64,000 bases of DNA from NCBI GenBank assembly GCA_964016885.1, contig OZ024742.1:76756001-76820000 (forward strand), read 5' to 3'. A program made the translations under genes and the position numbers. The notes beneath the pieces are model-generated. The model saw nothing but the letters and a program-made list of their open reading frames with translations. It was not told where the DNA came from and did no database searches. The DNA comes from Eledone cirrhosa (taxonomy: Eukaryota). Below, piece after piece: positions 43,746-58,800 of the stretch; the first letter of the stretch is position 1; each line of letters starts with the position of its first letter.

Positions 43746-46700
43746 TCTTTATTAACCACAAGGGTTTACATAAAGTGGACATTAAGGACAGTACAGGGCA
43801 ATACAGGACGGTACAAATGTGCATTTCTGCGTGTAAAAAGCAAAAACAGAGGATGTAACAAAAAAATAACAATGAAAAATTCCCCAATAGGGAGGAGACT
43901 TCTGAGGGACATTTGTGGAGAAAGCCCATTAAAAGGCCACAGTGACCCTGACCACCAGGGCAAGTGCCCTCTCCCAGTTTTCCACCTTTAATTTACAGAC
44001 ACATACTCAGAGTAGGCCCATTCACTCGGGCCATACTTGCTTCTCTCACCCATCTTTCAACAAAATGCTGGGAAGAGAGCACTCCCCCCTCTACGCTGAT
44101 TTTCCTTTTGAAATGAAATTTGAAAAAGTTAATCAGGGCATCACCGAAGAGGTAAGTGCTCGTCTTCAGCCCTTTCAAACGTCTCCACCACACTATCTCT
44201 TTCGCCATGGCCACCAGACAGATAAAAACTGCCTGCCCTTCCCGGCTAAGGAAGAGGGCGGGGCAATCCTCACGATGGACTCAGCTGATAGCTGGATCCG
44301 TCCTACACGTGACAGCAGGTGTTCGACATAAACCCACAAGTCAACAATGCTCGGACACTGGACGAGTGCGTGCAGGACGGATTTGTCACCCAGCGCGCAT
44401 CTCGGACATGCCCAGCTGACAGCACCTCCATGCCTGTAGAGTTTATCCCGAACTGGCAAAGCTCCACGGTAGCACTGCCAGGCCAGAGATTTCTGGAAGA
44501 TGTCCATAGGCCCCGGCCCGAAAGTTCTTCGGAAGAGATTGGCTAGTTGATTTTCGTCGACGCCTAGAGTTTCTCCAAGTACGTCGTCACTCTTCCTCTC
44601 CACTAATCCTCTATATAACGCCAAGGTGGATTTTCCACCGATCACATGCCCGATTGGTCGAGGGCTGTGAGCACCTGAAGAAATTCTAGAATCCAAGAGC
44701 TCCCTCTCGGTCTTTGCTTGAACCAGGACTGCAGCTCCGTTAAGGATACGAGCTGGGGAAAGTCGCGTCTAACAAACTGCGACCACACTTGATCACCGTC
44801 AAGGAAGAGGTGGAGATGTCGTAGCTTGAGCGCGTCTCTGCGCATCATCAGCCACGGCATGCCCAGCCCTCCACGTAGCGGGTCTTGACAGAAGATGGAC
44901 CGCCTGACCATCGGAATGCGTCCCTTCCACAAAAAGCGAAAGAGCAAACGCTCCAGCGCAATCAGACGGGGCTTAGGACAAGGTACGACGGTCAGGCGGT
45001 AGTAGATGTTGGACGCGATGTACGGTTTGCCACCTCCGCTCGACCATTCAGGGATAGCTTCCACTCCGCCTATTTCTGGGTTAGAGAAGCCACCCTGCTC
45101 GTCACCTCATCCCAGTTTTTGTCCGTCTGGAGGTCCGGACCGAACCAGACCCCTAGCAATTTTACCGGTCCGTCCGTCCAGCGCCCGACGACGCTGTTGG
45201 ACGGCATAGACCAGCCTCTCCAGGTGCCGAGCTGCAGACCCACTGACTTTTCCTGGTTGATCATTGCTCCTGTCACCGATTCGTATTCTCTTAGTGTAGT
45301 GCCGATCGCCTCGATGTGTTTGGCGTTCGACACCACTACGGTGACATCGTCTGCATATGATGACACTGATCTTCCGCATCCTAGTTAGCGCGGGATCAAC
45401 ATCTCCAGTTTGTGCAGTAATGGCTCGAGAGTCAATACGTACAAGAGACACGAGAGGGGACATCATTGGCGGACCGAGCGCATGATGTTGAAAGGTTCCG
45501 AAAGGTGACCGTTCACTCTCACCACAGAGCAGATGTTGCTGTGCATGGCAGCGATCCAGCCTCTGAAGACGGGTCCAAAGCCAGCCGCCCTCAGGAATGC
45601 CGCTAGGTAACGATGGTCGACCCTATCGAAAGCTTTCGACTGATCTAAATTGATCAAGCACCCACCCGTGCCAGGTTCCCTAGCTATCCGCTCCACGATG
45701 TATCGCATGAGGTGGAGGTTGCCGTGGATGGATCTGTCGGGAATGGCGCATGTCTGCGCCTCTCCCACCAGACCACCAACGAGAAGCGGCAACCTCTTTG
45801 CTAGCACCTTGGCCAAAATCTTGAACTCTGTGTTTAACAGAGTTATGGGCCGGAAATTATCTATGTTATCCCCCTTGTTCGGATCTTTTCTCAGCAGCGC
45901 CACCGCTCCTCGGCTCACAGAGCTGGGAAAAACCTCCCATTCTGTTGCCAGTTGCAATAGACATCCGCCAAGAGGCCTCCGAACAGGTCTGGCATCTGTA
46001 CGTAAAGTTCATAAGGCAGACCATCCAAACCAGGCGATTTACCCCTTGTGCAGCCAGTCATTGCCTCCCATACTTCAGCGATTGTTATCTGCTTTTCGCA
46101 ACACTCCGTCTCAGTGGCCGGAAGCCGAGGCACTCCGTCGAGGTAGACACTAAAGTCATCCTTCGATCCGGCCCGCCGCTGCCCCCGAACAGCGGTGCCA
46201 AGTGTCGCTGAAAAGCTACACACATTCGCCCGGCATCGAGTAGCATGTGCCCGTCGTGGTCCACCAAAGGATGGATCGTATCTTTGTTGCCACGACGCGC
46301 CTCCGCCACTCGGGCCCATTGAACAGCTTTCGACCCCTCGTATCTGAGAGCACGCACCCTAGCACTGACAACGCATCCTTCGTGCTTTGCATTGAAGAAT
46401 TGGTCAAGGGCCAATTTCGCCGGAAGTACGCATGTCGCGATGCCTTTGCTAGGCGTCCCGTCTAATTTTCTAACTAGTTCTCCCTCTGCTCTATTTTTCT
46501 CAATAGATAAAGCCTTACTAAACCTAATGGACTCTATTCTAATCGCTCTTTTCAGAGCAAACCACCACTTGTTGTTGACGAAGTCCCCCGTCAAAGGCCG
46601 CTTAACTAGTTCGCTAATCCGGTCTCCGTAGCCGGGTCCTCGTCTATGAAGCCTATCTAAGTCAAGCACACAAATCACGAATTGGTGGTCCGTGTAGCTG

Positions 46701-49380
46701 ACTATCTTGAATTGTGGACAGCCTATGCTATACCTATCTATTTACCTACAAAATATTCTATCTAGATATGATCTGGATGACCCAATGCGGTTTGTCCAAT
46801 TCCACATTGACACATACGGGAAATGCAATCGGTACCTGTCAGACAGTTCAAAACGCCTGAGCAGTTGGGTGAGGCTCTTACACCCTCCTCCTCTATCCGC
46901 TAATCCAACACAGTCCCAGCGTGCATCTAAGATCCCGTTCCAGTCGCCCACTAACACTAAAGTGCGGGATGTTACAAGAAAGGTCTCCAGACGCCGGAAG
47001 AAATCAGGCCGCCCCGCTCCTGTCGGAGCATAGACGGCCACTAGCCTGAAAGCTTGCCCGTCTCCGCTGCTCACGTCCAGCACCACAAACTTACCTTCTA
47101 GGTCCAGGAAGATGGCCTTTAAGCGAGATCCAAACCTCTCCCTAAAAGCACAGCAACTCCAACCCCCGATCCAGGACGGCTGGGAGATGCGTACACATCG
47201 TAGCCGCCAAAGAGCGGTGCGAAAGCCCGTGCTTCGGAGATTCAGGTCTCGCTGATGGCCACTACATCTATGTTTAGCGACCTGAGATCGTTCAGCAGGT
47301 GACCCTGCTTTCAGGACGACCACAATCCACGCGCATTTATGCTGCCTATTCTGAGTGAGGTCATGTTGAAATGGAGTGGAAAAGATGGGAAAGACCACTT
47401 ACCTTAGAGGAAGGATGGTGTCTCCATCTTTTTCACTGCTTGTGGCCTCCTCCGGAAGGATGTCTTTATAAATCCTCCTGGAGAGTGCTTGTCGGAAGTC
47501 TCCGATGTCTTTGGGGAATTTTTGTTTTAGTGTCGTATACGTTTTCTGTGTTATGCGAGTGATTTGTATGTGTGGAGTTGGTGAGAACTTTTGGGGCGTT
47601 GTGTAGTCTTTTTCTGTGATGCTGGTGTTGTGTTGGATGTAGTGTAATAATTGGTTGTTGTTCAAATTTAATGCTGTGTAGTGTGTATCGTTTTGGTTGT
47701 TTTGTTTTGTTTGCGTTTGTTGTGGCCTTGTTTCTGTTTCGCTTATTGGTGACTTTTGTGTTGTTGGTTATGGTGGTGTTGGGGTTAATGATGGGGATGG
47801 TGTTGGTGTTTCTGGTGATGGGGTTGGTGATGCTGGTGTGGATGGTGGTATAGCTGTCCTAACTTTTTTGTTTGATAGTTTATTTGTTTCCCTCTGTATT
47901 TTGTTTTTGGATGGGGAAGGAAGATGATTTTTTTCTTTTTTGGATTCTTTTTCTTTCTTTTTTTTCCCTGATACCGTTTCCGACTCATCGTCGTCACAAT
48001 CTGTCTCCAGTTGCGAAAGGTCAGGGAGTAGAAAATCTTCCACAGGCGTTGGTTTTGTTTGTGTCGTGGTGGATGGTGCAGGCGCTGGTGCTAGTTCTGG
48101 CGAGTTGGGTTGTGAGGGTGTTGGTTTGGCTATTGTTACTGGGGTTGTTGCTGCTACAATTACTTCTGTTGTTGCTGCTACAATTGTTGCTAACATTTCT
48201 GCTGCTGCTGGTGTTGATGGTTGAGTCACTGGTGTGGGTAACAGATGTGGCCTCAACTTTTTAGCAGAAAGCCCTTAGGTGGGTTCCTTCACCACAAACC
48301 ACACACCTAGGCCTTCTACCCTCGACGATTACGGTGAGGTGGCTGTCGTCAGTGAGGTCTATTATATCTGGGATCTCATCAATGCTTTTTTTGTTCCGCT
48401 TGGATCAGGAGCTCCATCCCAGATCCGGACCAGTTCTCCTGCTTTTCTTTTGCTATCTCGATTATCTTGGTGTTGGCCACGATACCGGCGAGGACGGCAG
48501 CTGTTACCCAGGGAATTTCGATGGCCGGTGGAACGTGGGACACCCTGATCTTCACGAGTCTCTGGCCACAATAGCTTGGAACGAGTGTGAAGTCGTCACT
48601 TCTTAATGGGGCCATGCAGTGCGCTCTGGCCTCCTGTGGTGTTCAAAAGAACACGTCCATAGTTCCATATTTCTGCCCACGTCTGATGTGTGTTTTCTTC
48701 GCCCACACATGTCCCAAAGCTATTTGGATTTGTGCCTCGGATGCCCGTTCCACTCGGCGCGATTTTATGTTAATCGTCCGATTAGACACGGTGCATAGGC
48801 GCCGATGCTCCATTTTATTAGGGAGGGGGGGGGGGGGCGTGAGGCTGACTCTGTTCCCATCTTTCTTTACTATTCTCTTGGCTTCATCTAATTCCTCCTG
48901 AGTTCTTGGATTGCTTCGCATTTTTTTAGCTGCTTTGGCAAACGACAAGGTGTTGATGTTTTTGTTGTTATTCTCATTCTTGTTGTTGTTTTTGTAGTTT
49001 TGTTATTTTTGTTATTGTTTTTTGTAGTTTTAGTTGTGGTGGTGGTGGCGTCAGTGGTGTTCGGTGTGGAAGAGTCGATTCTGGGTGAATCCATTTCGAT
49101 GTCACGAGATAATTTATTTTTTTCTTTTGTTTCTGTTATCGTTGTGGTGGTGGTGGGGATGGCGGCTTCAACACCTGTAGTCATTGGTAAAGGCGGGAAA
49201 TGAATGAGACAAATTTAAATTATTGCCATGGCTTATATTTTTAGTGTTGACAAACGTAGTAATATTTACAATGGTGGTGTCGGTGTGAGGTGTTAGTTTG
49301 TGAGGAAGGTGTGGCTGTGAGTCGTCCATGATTTTTCAAAGAAATTTTTTGTTTGATAAAGTGTTTAAATGTCGAACCTA
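43743..49380 (-). mobile_element. Near full-length degenerate Tx1/L1-like LINE (ORF1 plus APE-RT ORF2)
   Basis: ORF2 starts MTSLRIGSINARGL at ~47364, followed by [63 protein letters not shown]1 remnants 47399-49184 (Asn/Thr-rich N-terminus, Pro/Lys-rich linker). Many frameshifts; 5' limit approximate. Confidence 0.92.
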
Positions 49381-49389
49381 AACAGTTCG

Positions 49390-52300
49390 AATAACGGTGA
49401 AGTGGGAGACTGGAATATCATGTGACAGACTCTCACCCAGCAGGTGCTCCCTGGCCCAGGAGCAGGGACCTGGCTGTCATCCAAATACTGCTGGTGTTGG
49501 AGGAAGAAGAAGAAGGAAAGGAACCAGAACCAACTGAACGAAAGAATTGAATAGAACTGTTATGCAATGTTACCTGAAGAGTAACCCCAAGGGAAAAAGC
49601 TATAGGAAAGGGATGCATAGCATATGGAACGATATTGGTCTATTTAAATTAGATGAACAAAAATTGGCCGGGCAGGCTCGGCTAATAAGAACTAATGGGT
49701 GGATAAGCGAGCTGGAACTGGAGGAACTCAGCAGAGAGTTTAGATTGGAAATGGAGAGTGGAGTATGCCAGGCAAACGAGCCACTGGGAGATGAATATGA
49801 AGAGGTTGTGAGAACGGAGGAAGCATCCGAAGCAGACAATGATCTGAATGCTGAAATATATAATACCTGGAACACAGATACGGCCATTGAGGAAATTAAT
49901 GCTGACGTGCTAGGACAAGATTTGGTTGATATCCTAAACTTAGTGGTAGATGAAATGAACAATGATAGTGGGAAACCTATGAACCTAAGGTTTGTAGACA
50001 GGAAAAAGTTAAAAGAAACATCAGCTAAGGTAAACAAATTCATCCCATATCTTGAGGCCTAGGAACCTTCACCAGTGCAACAATATCCTCAAATTAACAG
50101 CAAATGCGGTGAGGAAATTTCTTGGCATAAAAGCGAGAGGAAACAACAAACAAAAAAGATCAGAACCTTGGTGGAAGAAACGACTGAATGGTCAAATCAG
50201 GGAAATGAGAAATCACATTGGAAAGCTTGAGTCCCTACTGAATGGGACACTATAAAACATAGACATTAAAAATAGACTGGAAATAAAGTACAAAACTAGG
50301 AGGAAAAAGTTAATATTATCATAGAGGAACTGAAGCAACACATTGTAGCAAAGAGCGCAAAGATTAGGCGATACGAGAGCAGAGTCAGTCAGTATAGACT
50401 GAACCGCATGTTTGACAACAACCAGAAGATGTTGTTTGGACAGCTTGAAGTGAAACAAAGAGGCAACGACTTGATCCCTGAGGCGGAACAAACTAAGACA
50501 TTCTGGAGACGAATATGGGAGCAGGACGTTAAACATAAAGATCAGGCAGTGTGGATTGAGACAGTACAAAAGGAGATTAATGAACAGGGACACCAATGAA
50601 CTGATTAGAGTATCACAGTTGAAACTTTTAAGGGGCAGGCCAGAAAACTAACCAACTGGAAATCACCAGGCCCAGATGGTATGCAGGGGTATTGGATTCA
50701 AAATATAACATCCCTCCACCTGAAACTGACAACCATGTTCAATGACTGCTTGATGTCATGTGAGGTACCAGTGTGGTTGACAAAAGGTACCACAGTTCTG
50801 GTAATGAAAGACCGAACCAAGGGTAATGATGTTACCAACTATAGACCTATCACATGTCTGTCCGTAATGTAGAAACTGTTAACAAGCATTGTGTCTGAGG
50901 AAATCTACCATCACCTACATATCAACAACTTGTTACCGGACTAACAGAACGGATGCCGAAAGAAGTCCCGTGGTACAAAGGACCTGTTACTTATTGATAA
51001 TATGGTAATGAGGAATTGCAGCAGGAGACACACTGGTCTTGCCATGGGATGGATAGACTACAGAAAGGCATTCGACATGGTACCTCATTCTTGGATAACC
51101 AAAAGCCTAGAGATCTTCAGGGTGGCAGATAACATCAAACTGTTGTATGAAGTCCTGGAAAAGAGAGTTAACATCGGTCGGAAAATCCTTGGGAGGCGTG
51201 AAGATCAAGAGAGGTATCTTCCAGGGAGATAGTTTGTCCCCTCTGTTGTTTGTCCTTGCCCTGATCCCCCTGACCATTATACTGGGAAACGTGAGAGCAG
51301 GATACAAGTTGGGAAAGGGTGAGCTTACCATCAACCACATCCTCTTCATGGACGATCTTAAGCTCTTCGGGAAGAGTGAGAAGGAGTTGGATGTGCTTGT
51401 TGACACTGTCCGTATTTTCAGCAATGATATATGTATGCACTTTGGTATTAGTAAATGTGGAGTCCTTGTGATGAAGAGGGGTAAATTGAGCAGAAGCAAC
51501 AGAATCCAGGTACCAACAGGTGAAATGATAAAGGAAATTGACACTGAAGAAGGATACAAGTATTTAGGTGTTCTGGAAGCTGATGACATAAAGAACAAAA
51601 AAATGAAGGAATTGATAAGATCTGAATACATTCGGAGAGTAAGCAGCGTATTAAAGTCACACCTGAACAGTAGGAATGCCATAAGTGCAGTAAATTCCCG
51701 AGCTGTGTCTATTATTAGGACTTTGCGGGAATTCTGAGATGGAATGTTGCTGAACAAAAAGAAATGGATAGGAAGACTAGGAAGATATTGACTATCTACA
51801 ACATGTTGCACGAGACAAGTGATGTCGATAGATTCTACTTAAGGAGATCTGAAGGTGGAAGAGATCTTATCATCATAGAAGACTGTGTTCAGATGGAGAA
51901 AAGCAACCTACACAAATACGTGACTGATAGTAGGGAGCCAATGCTCAGAATTGTACTGAAGGAGAGGACAATAGACCAGGGGATGTTCAAGGAGGAAATA
52001 ACAGCAAGGAGAAACAGCTACCTTCATGAAAAATCCCTTCATAGTATCTTCTTTGAGAAAACTGAATTTAGAGATCCACATACATGGAACTGATTGAAAA
52101 GAGGAGACCTTAAAAAGGCTACAGAAGGAAAGCTAATGGCTGCGCAAGAGCAGGCCCTCAAAACGAAGTGGCTGAAACACCATATTTACAAGTAGGAGGA
52201 TAGCCCACTGTGTAGGATCTGTGGAGAGAGAGAGGAGACTGTGGCTCACATTGTATCCGAGTGTAAACACCTAGCCCAGACTCACTATAAAGGCTGGAGA

Positions 52301-52830
52301 CATGATATCATGGGCAGGGTGATCCACTGGCACCTGTGCAAAGTAAACAATTTACCACATTCTGAGAGGTGGTATGAGCATAAGCCATAGTCGCAGGTGA
52401 AGGTGCTATGGGATTTTAGGATACAGACGGACAAGAAACTGGAACACAATAGACATGACCTGGTGGTTTTGGACAAGGGAAAAAGATCGTGCCTGATTGT
52501 GGATGCGGCCTGCCAATTCAACACAAGAGTGCAAGAGAAGGAGAGGGAGAAAATTAACCGATACCAGGACTTAAAGTGGGAGATAAAAAGGATTTGGAAC
52601 TGCTATGAGATCAAAGTGGTCCCGATTGTCATAGGCGTACTAGATACTATCTCAAAGAGTTTCCAAGTATGGTTAAAGAAAATTCGCCCCGCCCCGCTTT
52701 TTGGAACACTTCAAAAGGATGCTTGCTGGCGCAGCAAAAGCCCTCCGATACGTCCTGAATATCTGTGACTTGATATTCATTTCAACAAACTTTTCAGTTA
52801 AATAACATCAATGACTGAGACTCAAAGAAC
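49390..52830 (+). mobile_element. R4/Dong-like non-LTR retrotransposon (RT plus RLE), degenerate, near full-length
   Basis: [115 protein letters not shown]. Ends in (AAT)n at 52831-52859. Confidence 0.9.
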
Positions 52831-52861
52831 AATAATAATAATAATAATAATAATAATAAGG

Positions 52862-55800
52862 ATTTCTTTATTGGCCACAAGGGCTGACATCAAGAAAAAC
52901 ATTACAGACGCCACAGGACGGTACAGGACGGTACGATGTGGGTTTTGTGCGTGTAAATATTTTTTTTATTTATATAAGAAAAGAAAAAAAAGACAGAAAC
53001 ATATCTATATATAAACAATAAAAATGAAAATTGAAACAATGAAAAATTCCCCAATAGGGGGAGACCTCCGAGGGTTACTCGTGGCGAAAACCACACAAAA
53101 GACCACGGCCTCCCTGACCACCAGGGCAAGAGCCCTCGCTCAATGTTTCCATTTCTCAAACTACAGGCGTATATTCAGAGCGGCCCCGTTCACTCGGACC
53201 ATTCTCGCTACATTCACCCACCTTTCAACAAACTTGCTAGAAAGCAGCACTTGGCTCTCCACCCTGATTTTCCTCTTGAAGTGAAACTTGAATAAGTCAA
53301 TTAGGAATTCGCCGAAGAGGTTTGAAGTGTCTGTATTTAACCCGTTCAACCTTGTCCACCACAACATCTCTTTCGCCATGGCTACCAAGCAGATGAAAAC
53401 CGCCTGCCCTTCCTCCTCGAAGGAAGACAGCGAGACCATATGCACAATGGACTCAGTCGATAACCGGATCAGTCCCACACGCGACAGCAACTGATCGACA
53501 TACTCCACAAGTCATCAATGCTCGGGCACTGAACGAGTGCGTGCACGACGGTTTCGTCGCTCTGCGCGCATCTCAGACAGGCTGGGCTGACGGCACTTCC
53601 ATGCTTGTAGAGTTTTTCTCGAACCGGCAGCGCTCTCCGATAGCACTGCCAAGCCAGGGATTTTTGGAAGTTATCCATAGGCTCTGGGCTGAAAGTTCTC
53701 CGGAAAAGAGAAGACAGCTGATCTTCTTTGACGCCCAGGATCTCTCCGAGAACGTCGTTGCTCTTCCCCTCCACTAGTCCTCTATAGAACGCCGAGATGG
53801 ATGTTCCACCGATACTGGTGCCCAGATAGTAGAAGGCAGTGAGCTCCTGGAGACATTCCAGTTTCCAAGCGCTATCCCTCGGTCTTTTCCTGACCCAGGA
53901 CTGCAGCTCCGTCAAGGAGACGAGCTGTGGGAAAACGTGCCTGGTGAACGGCGACCGCCTGTTCACCGTCAAGTAAGCACCAGAGATGTCGCAGCCTCAG
54001 CGCATGTTTGCGCATCATCAACCATGGCATGCCTAGTCCTCCACGCAGCGTGTGTTGACAACAGATGGATCGTCTGATCATGGGAGCGCGTCCCTTCCAC
54101 AAAAAGCGGAAGAGGAGACGCTCGATTATGGTGAGAGTTGGGCCGGAGCAAGGGACGACGGTGAGACGGTAGCAGATGACGGATGCGATGTACGCATTCG
54201 TCACCTCCACCCGGCCTTTCAGAGACAGCTTTATCTCGACCCTTATTCGTCACGTCACTCCAGTTTTTCTCTATCTGGAGGTCCGGTCCGAACCAAGCAC
54301 CGAGCTATTTAATCGGACCGTCCGTCCAACGTCCCACGACGCTGTCGGACGGCATGGACTTGCCTCTCCAGGTGCCGAGCTGCAAGCTTACCGACTTTTT
54401 CCTGGTTTATCTTTGCTCCTGTCACCGCTTCGTATTCCTTGAGAGTGGTGACGAGCATCTGTACGTGTCTGGTGCACGATACACCCACGCTGACGTCGTA
54501 GGTGTAAGCCGACTCGGATTTCCAGCATCCGAGTTCGCGAGGGACGCCCCTCATCGCCCCCGGTTTGTGCAGTAACGTCTCGGGAGCCAATACGTACAAG
54601 AGGGACGTGAGGGGTCAACCCTGGTGGACCGAGCGCATGAGATGAACGCAGCAATCCAACCCCTGAAAACGGGCCCGAAACCGGCTGCCTCGAGGACCGC
54701 AGCCAGGTTGCTGGTCGACCCTATCGAATGCTTTGGATTGATCCAAGTTGACCAGGGCCCCACCCGAGCCAGGTTCCTTAACCACCCTCTCTATGATGTA
54801 TCGCATGAGGTGGAGGTTGTCGTGTATGGATCTGTTCGGAATGGCGCATGTCCGCGCCTCTCCCATCAGACTCTGGACGACAAGCGCCAACATCGTTGCT
54901 AAAACCTTGGCCAAAATCTTGAACTCTGCGTTTAGCAGAGTTATGGGCCTGAAATTATCGATAACATCCCCATTGTTCGGGTCTTTTCTCAGCAGCGCCA
55001 CCGCTCCCCGGCTCACAAAATTGGGAATGCTCGCGTTCTGCTGCCAGTTTCAGTAGACGTCTGCCAAAAGGTCACCGAACAAGTCTGGCATAAATGCTTA
55101 AAGCTCGTAGGGGAGACCATCCAAACCTGGCATTTTACCCCTCGTGCAGTTAGCCATATCTTCCCGTATTTCACCGGCTGTTATTGGCTTTTCGCAACAC
55201 TGTGCTGCGGTCGTCGAGAGCCGAGGCAGTCCGTCTAGGTATGCACTGAAGTCCATACCCCGATCTAGCCCGCTGCTGCTCCCGAATAGTTCAGAAAAGT
55301 GCTGCTGAAAAGCTTCCTACATCTGCTCGGGTTCGAGCAACACGCACCCGTTTACGTCAGACAAAAACCGAATTGTGGCTTTGTTGCCACGTCACGCCTC
55401 TGCCACCCGGGCCCATTGGATGGCTTTTGTCCCTTCGTGTTTCAGAGCACGCGCTCTAGATCTGACAACGCAGCCTTTGTATTTTGCGTTGAAGAAATGG
55501 TCGAGTGCCAATCTCGCCGCAAGAACGTCGGTTGCGATGCCTGTCCTAAATTTCTATTCTAGCTTTCTGACTAGCTCTCCCTCTACTCTATTTTCCTCTA
55601 TCACTAGACCTTTGCTAAACCTAATCGACTCTACTTTAATTGCCTTTTTTCAGGGCGAACAACCACCCGTTGTTTACGACCGCTCCCGTCAACACCCGCT
55701 TAACTAATACGCTAAACCGGTCTCTGTAGGTTTTGCGCGCCGGGAAAGAAGCGTTCAGATTCCAGTAACCGGGCCCTTGACTATGAAGTCTTTCTATGTA

Positions 55801-58800
55801 GATCTCACACATCACAAATGTGTGGACTGTGTAGTCGACTATTTTAAATTGTGGACAACTTATACTAGCCTTATCTAGTTCTCCGCAAAATACCCTATCG
55901 AGATACCACCTGGATGACCCGATGCGGTTTGTCCATGTCCACATTTGCACATTCGGGTGATCCAGTTGATTCCTGTCAGACAGTTCGAAATGTCTGAGCA
56001 GGTTGATGAGCCTCTTGCACCCTCCTCCCCTATCCACTAGCCGCACCCAATCCCAGCGTGCATCCAAAATACCGTTCCAGTCGCCCACAATCACTAAAGA
56101 GCGGGACGTTCCAAGAAAGATCTCTAGACGTCTTAAGAAATTTGGCCGTCCTGCCCAGTTGGGGCGTAGACGGCTACTAGCCTGAAAGCATTGCCTTGGC
56201 TGCCGGTCACGTCCAACACCACCGACTTACCTTCTGTGTCTAGGAAGATGCCCGTATGGTGAGATCCAATACTTTCCGAAAAAGGACGGCAACCCTCCAC
56301 CCGATCCTGGACGGCTGGGAGCTGCGTATACATCGTAGCCACCGAAGATCGGTGCGAAGGCTCATTCTTCGGAGATTCTGGTCTCGCTGATGGCCTCTAC
56401 ATCTATGTTTAGTGACCTGAGGTCGTTGTGCAGGTGACCCTGCTTCCAAGATGACCCCAGGCCACGTGCATTTGTACTGCCTATTCTGAGTACGGCCATG
56501 GTGGATGAGAAACGGGGCAAGTGAGAAAGGGTCACTTACCTCGATCGTGTAGTGAAGGGCCAGTAGAACCGTCCCTTTGGCTGGTCATGCGTGTTTCCGA
56601 GTGGATCACAGTGTATATCCTCTTGGTAAGCGATCCTCTGAAGTCTCCAACTGCGTTGGGGAATTTTTGTTTTAAAAGTTTGTACTGTTCTATTTTGATA
56701 TCAATGATGCTTATGTTTGTCGGGAGAGTTCTTGGTGTTGGTGGTGTGTAGTATTTTTTTTCTGTGATGTCTGTGTGCTGCTTTATATATTGTATGAGTT
56801 CTTTATTTGCCATGTTTATGGCTATGTACTTATTTGGGGGGAGGGGTGATTTTGTTGCTGTTTTCTTCTTGTTGATGTTTGGTGCCTATGTTTTGTTTTG
56901 CTTGCGTTGTTGGTGTTTTTGTTGATGCTGGTGGTGGTGTGGTTGTTGTTGGCGGTGGTGCTTGTGGTGGTGATGGTGATTGTGGTGGTGTTGCTGCAAG
57001 TCTCCTTGCAGCCTTTACCACTCTTTGTGTGCCTTCGCTTTTGGAGGGTGAAACTAAGGTTTTTTTTTCTTTTTTGCTTTTTTGTGGCAGACCATTTGCC
57101 ACTTCACTCCCGCCTCAAACTCCATGTCGGATTCCGTGGCGTCTGGGAGAGGTATGTGCTCCACGGATGTTGGTGGTGGTAGTGGAACTCTCTCCGGCAA
57201 TTTTGTTGCTGGTGCAGTTACTGCAAATGTAGCTACTGGTGTTGCTGCCACTGATGCTGCTGCTTTAGTTGTCCGTGGCCTTGGTACGGGTGCCACGTAC
57301 GTTGCCCTTTCTACTCACCGTGGAAGGGGCTTCTGCGTTTGTTGCCTGCCCTGCTCTTGGTAGCAGCGGACCAGGTATTGGAAGGAGTGGGGCCTTCTTC
57401 GCTGTCTTCTGAGGGCAAAATGCCCTGAGGTGATCCTTTGACCCACATAGATAACATTTTGGCCTTCTTCCTTCTACGCTTATAGGGAGTTGAGGTCCTT
57501 CCTCGATGTTTATGATATCGGGGATAGCATCGATACATTCCTGGTCAGTTTGTATAAGCATCTGCATGCCTATACCTGTCCAGTTCTATCTCCCTATTTT
57601 CTCTACTTGCAGCATGGTCGTCCAGTCCTTGATTTCAGCAAGGACAGACGCGGCCAGCCAAGGTATGGGCACGTCGGGTGGGACCTAGGTCACTTTTACC
57701 CTCACAATTTTCTGCCCGCAGTAGGAGTGCACCAAGACTATCACCTCACTCTTTAGCGTTTCCAAAGAGTGAGACTTCGGGTGATGTGGGTTTGCGTTCC
57801 CAGACGCACCCCAAGGCTTTTGGGATTTGAGCCTCCGTGGCTCTCTCCACCCGATGTGAGATTTGCTTACGGTGCTGTAAGTCACCGTCCGTAGCTGCTG
57901 GTCCTTGAAAAAATCGGGTAGAGGTTTCCGGGAGACTCTATTGGCGCTTCTTGTCACCATGGCCCTTGCGACTGCCATCTCCTACTCTGTGACTAACACT
58001 GTTTCAATATTTCGGACGACACTATTGCTGCCGCTATCAGTCCTGCTGGTGCTGACATCGCTGTTACAGGTATCGATGTCATTGTTGATGTTTTCGTTGC
58101 TACTGTTGTTGATGTTGCTGTTGTTGTTTTCGTTGATACTGTTGCTGTTGTTACTGTTCTTGTGGCTGTTGTTATTATTGGTGTTTTTGTTGATACTGTT
58201 CCTACTATTATTGTTGCTGTGGCTGTTGTTATTGTCATTGTTATTGTCTTTCTCGTCTTTACCGCTGTTATTTTTGTTATTGTCTTTCTCGACTTTACCG
58301 CTGTTATTTTTGTTATTGTCTTTCTCGACTTTACCGCTGTTATTTTTGTTATTGTCGTTCTCGACTTTACCGCTGTTATTTTTGTTATTGTCTTTCTCGA
58401 CTTTACCGCTGTTATTTTTGTTATTGTCGTTCTCGACCTTACCGCTGTTATATTTGTTATTGTCGTTCTCGACCTAACCGCTGTTATTTTTGTTATTGTC
58501 TTTCTCGACTTTACCGCTGTTATTTTTGTTATTGTCGTTCTCGACCTTACCGCTGTTATATTTGTTATTGTCGTTCTCGACCTAACCACTGTTATTTTTG
58601 TTATTGTCGTTCTCGACCTTACCGCTGTTATATTTGTTATTGTCGTTCTCGACTTTACCGCTGTTATTTTTGTTATTGTCTTTCTCGACTTTACCACTGT
58701 TATTTTTGTTATTGTCGTTCTCGACCTTACCGCTGTTATATTTGTTATTGTCGTTCTCGACCTAACCGCTGTTATTTTTGTTATTGTCGTTCTCGACTTT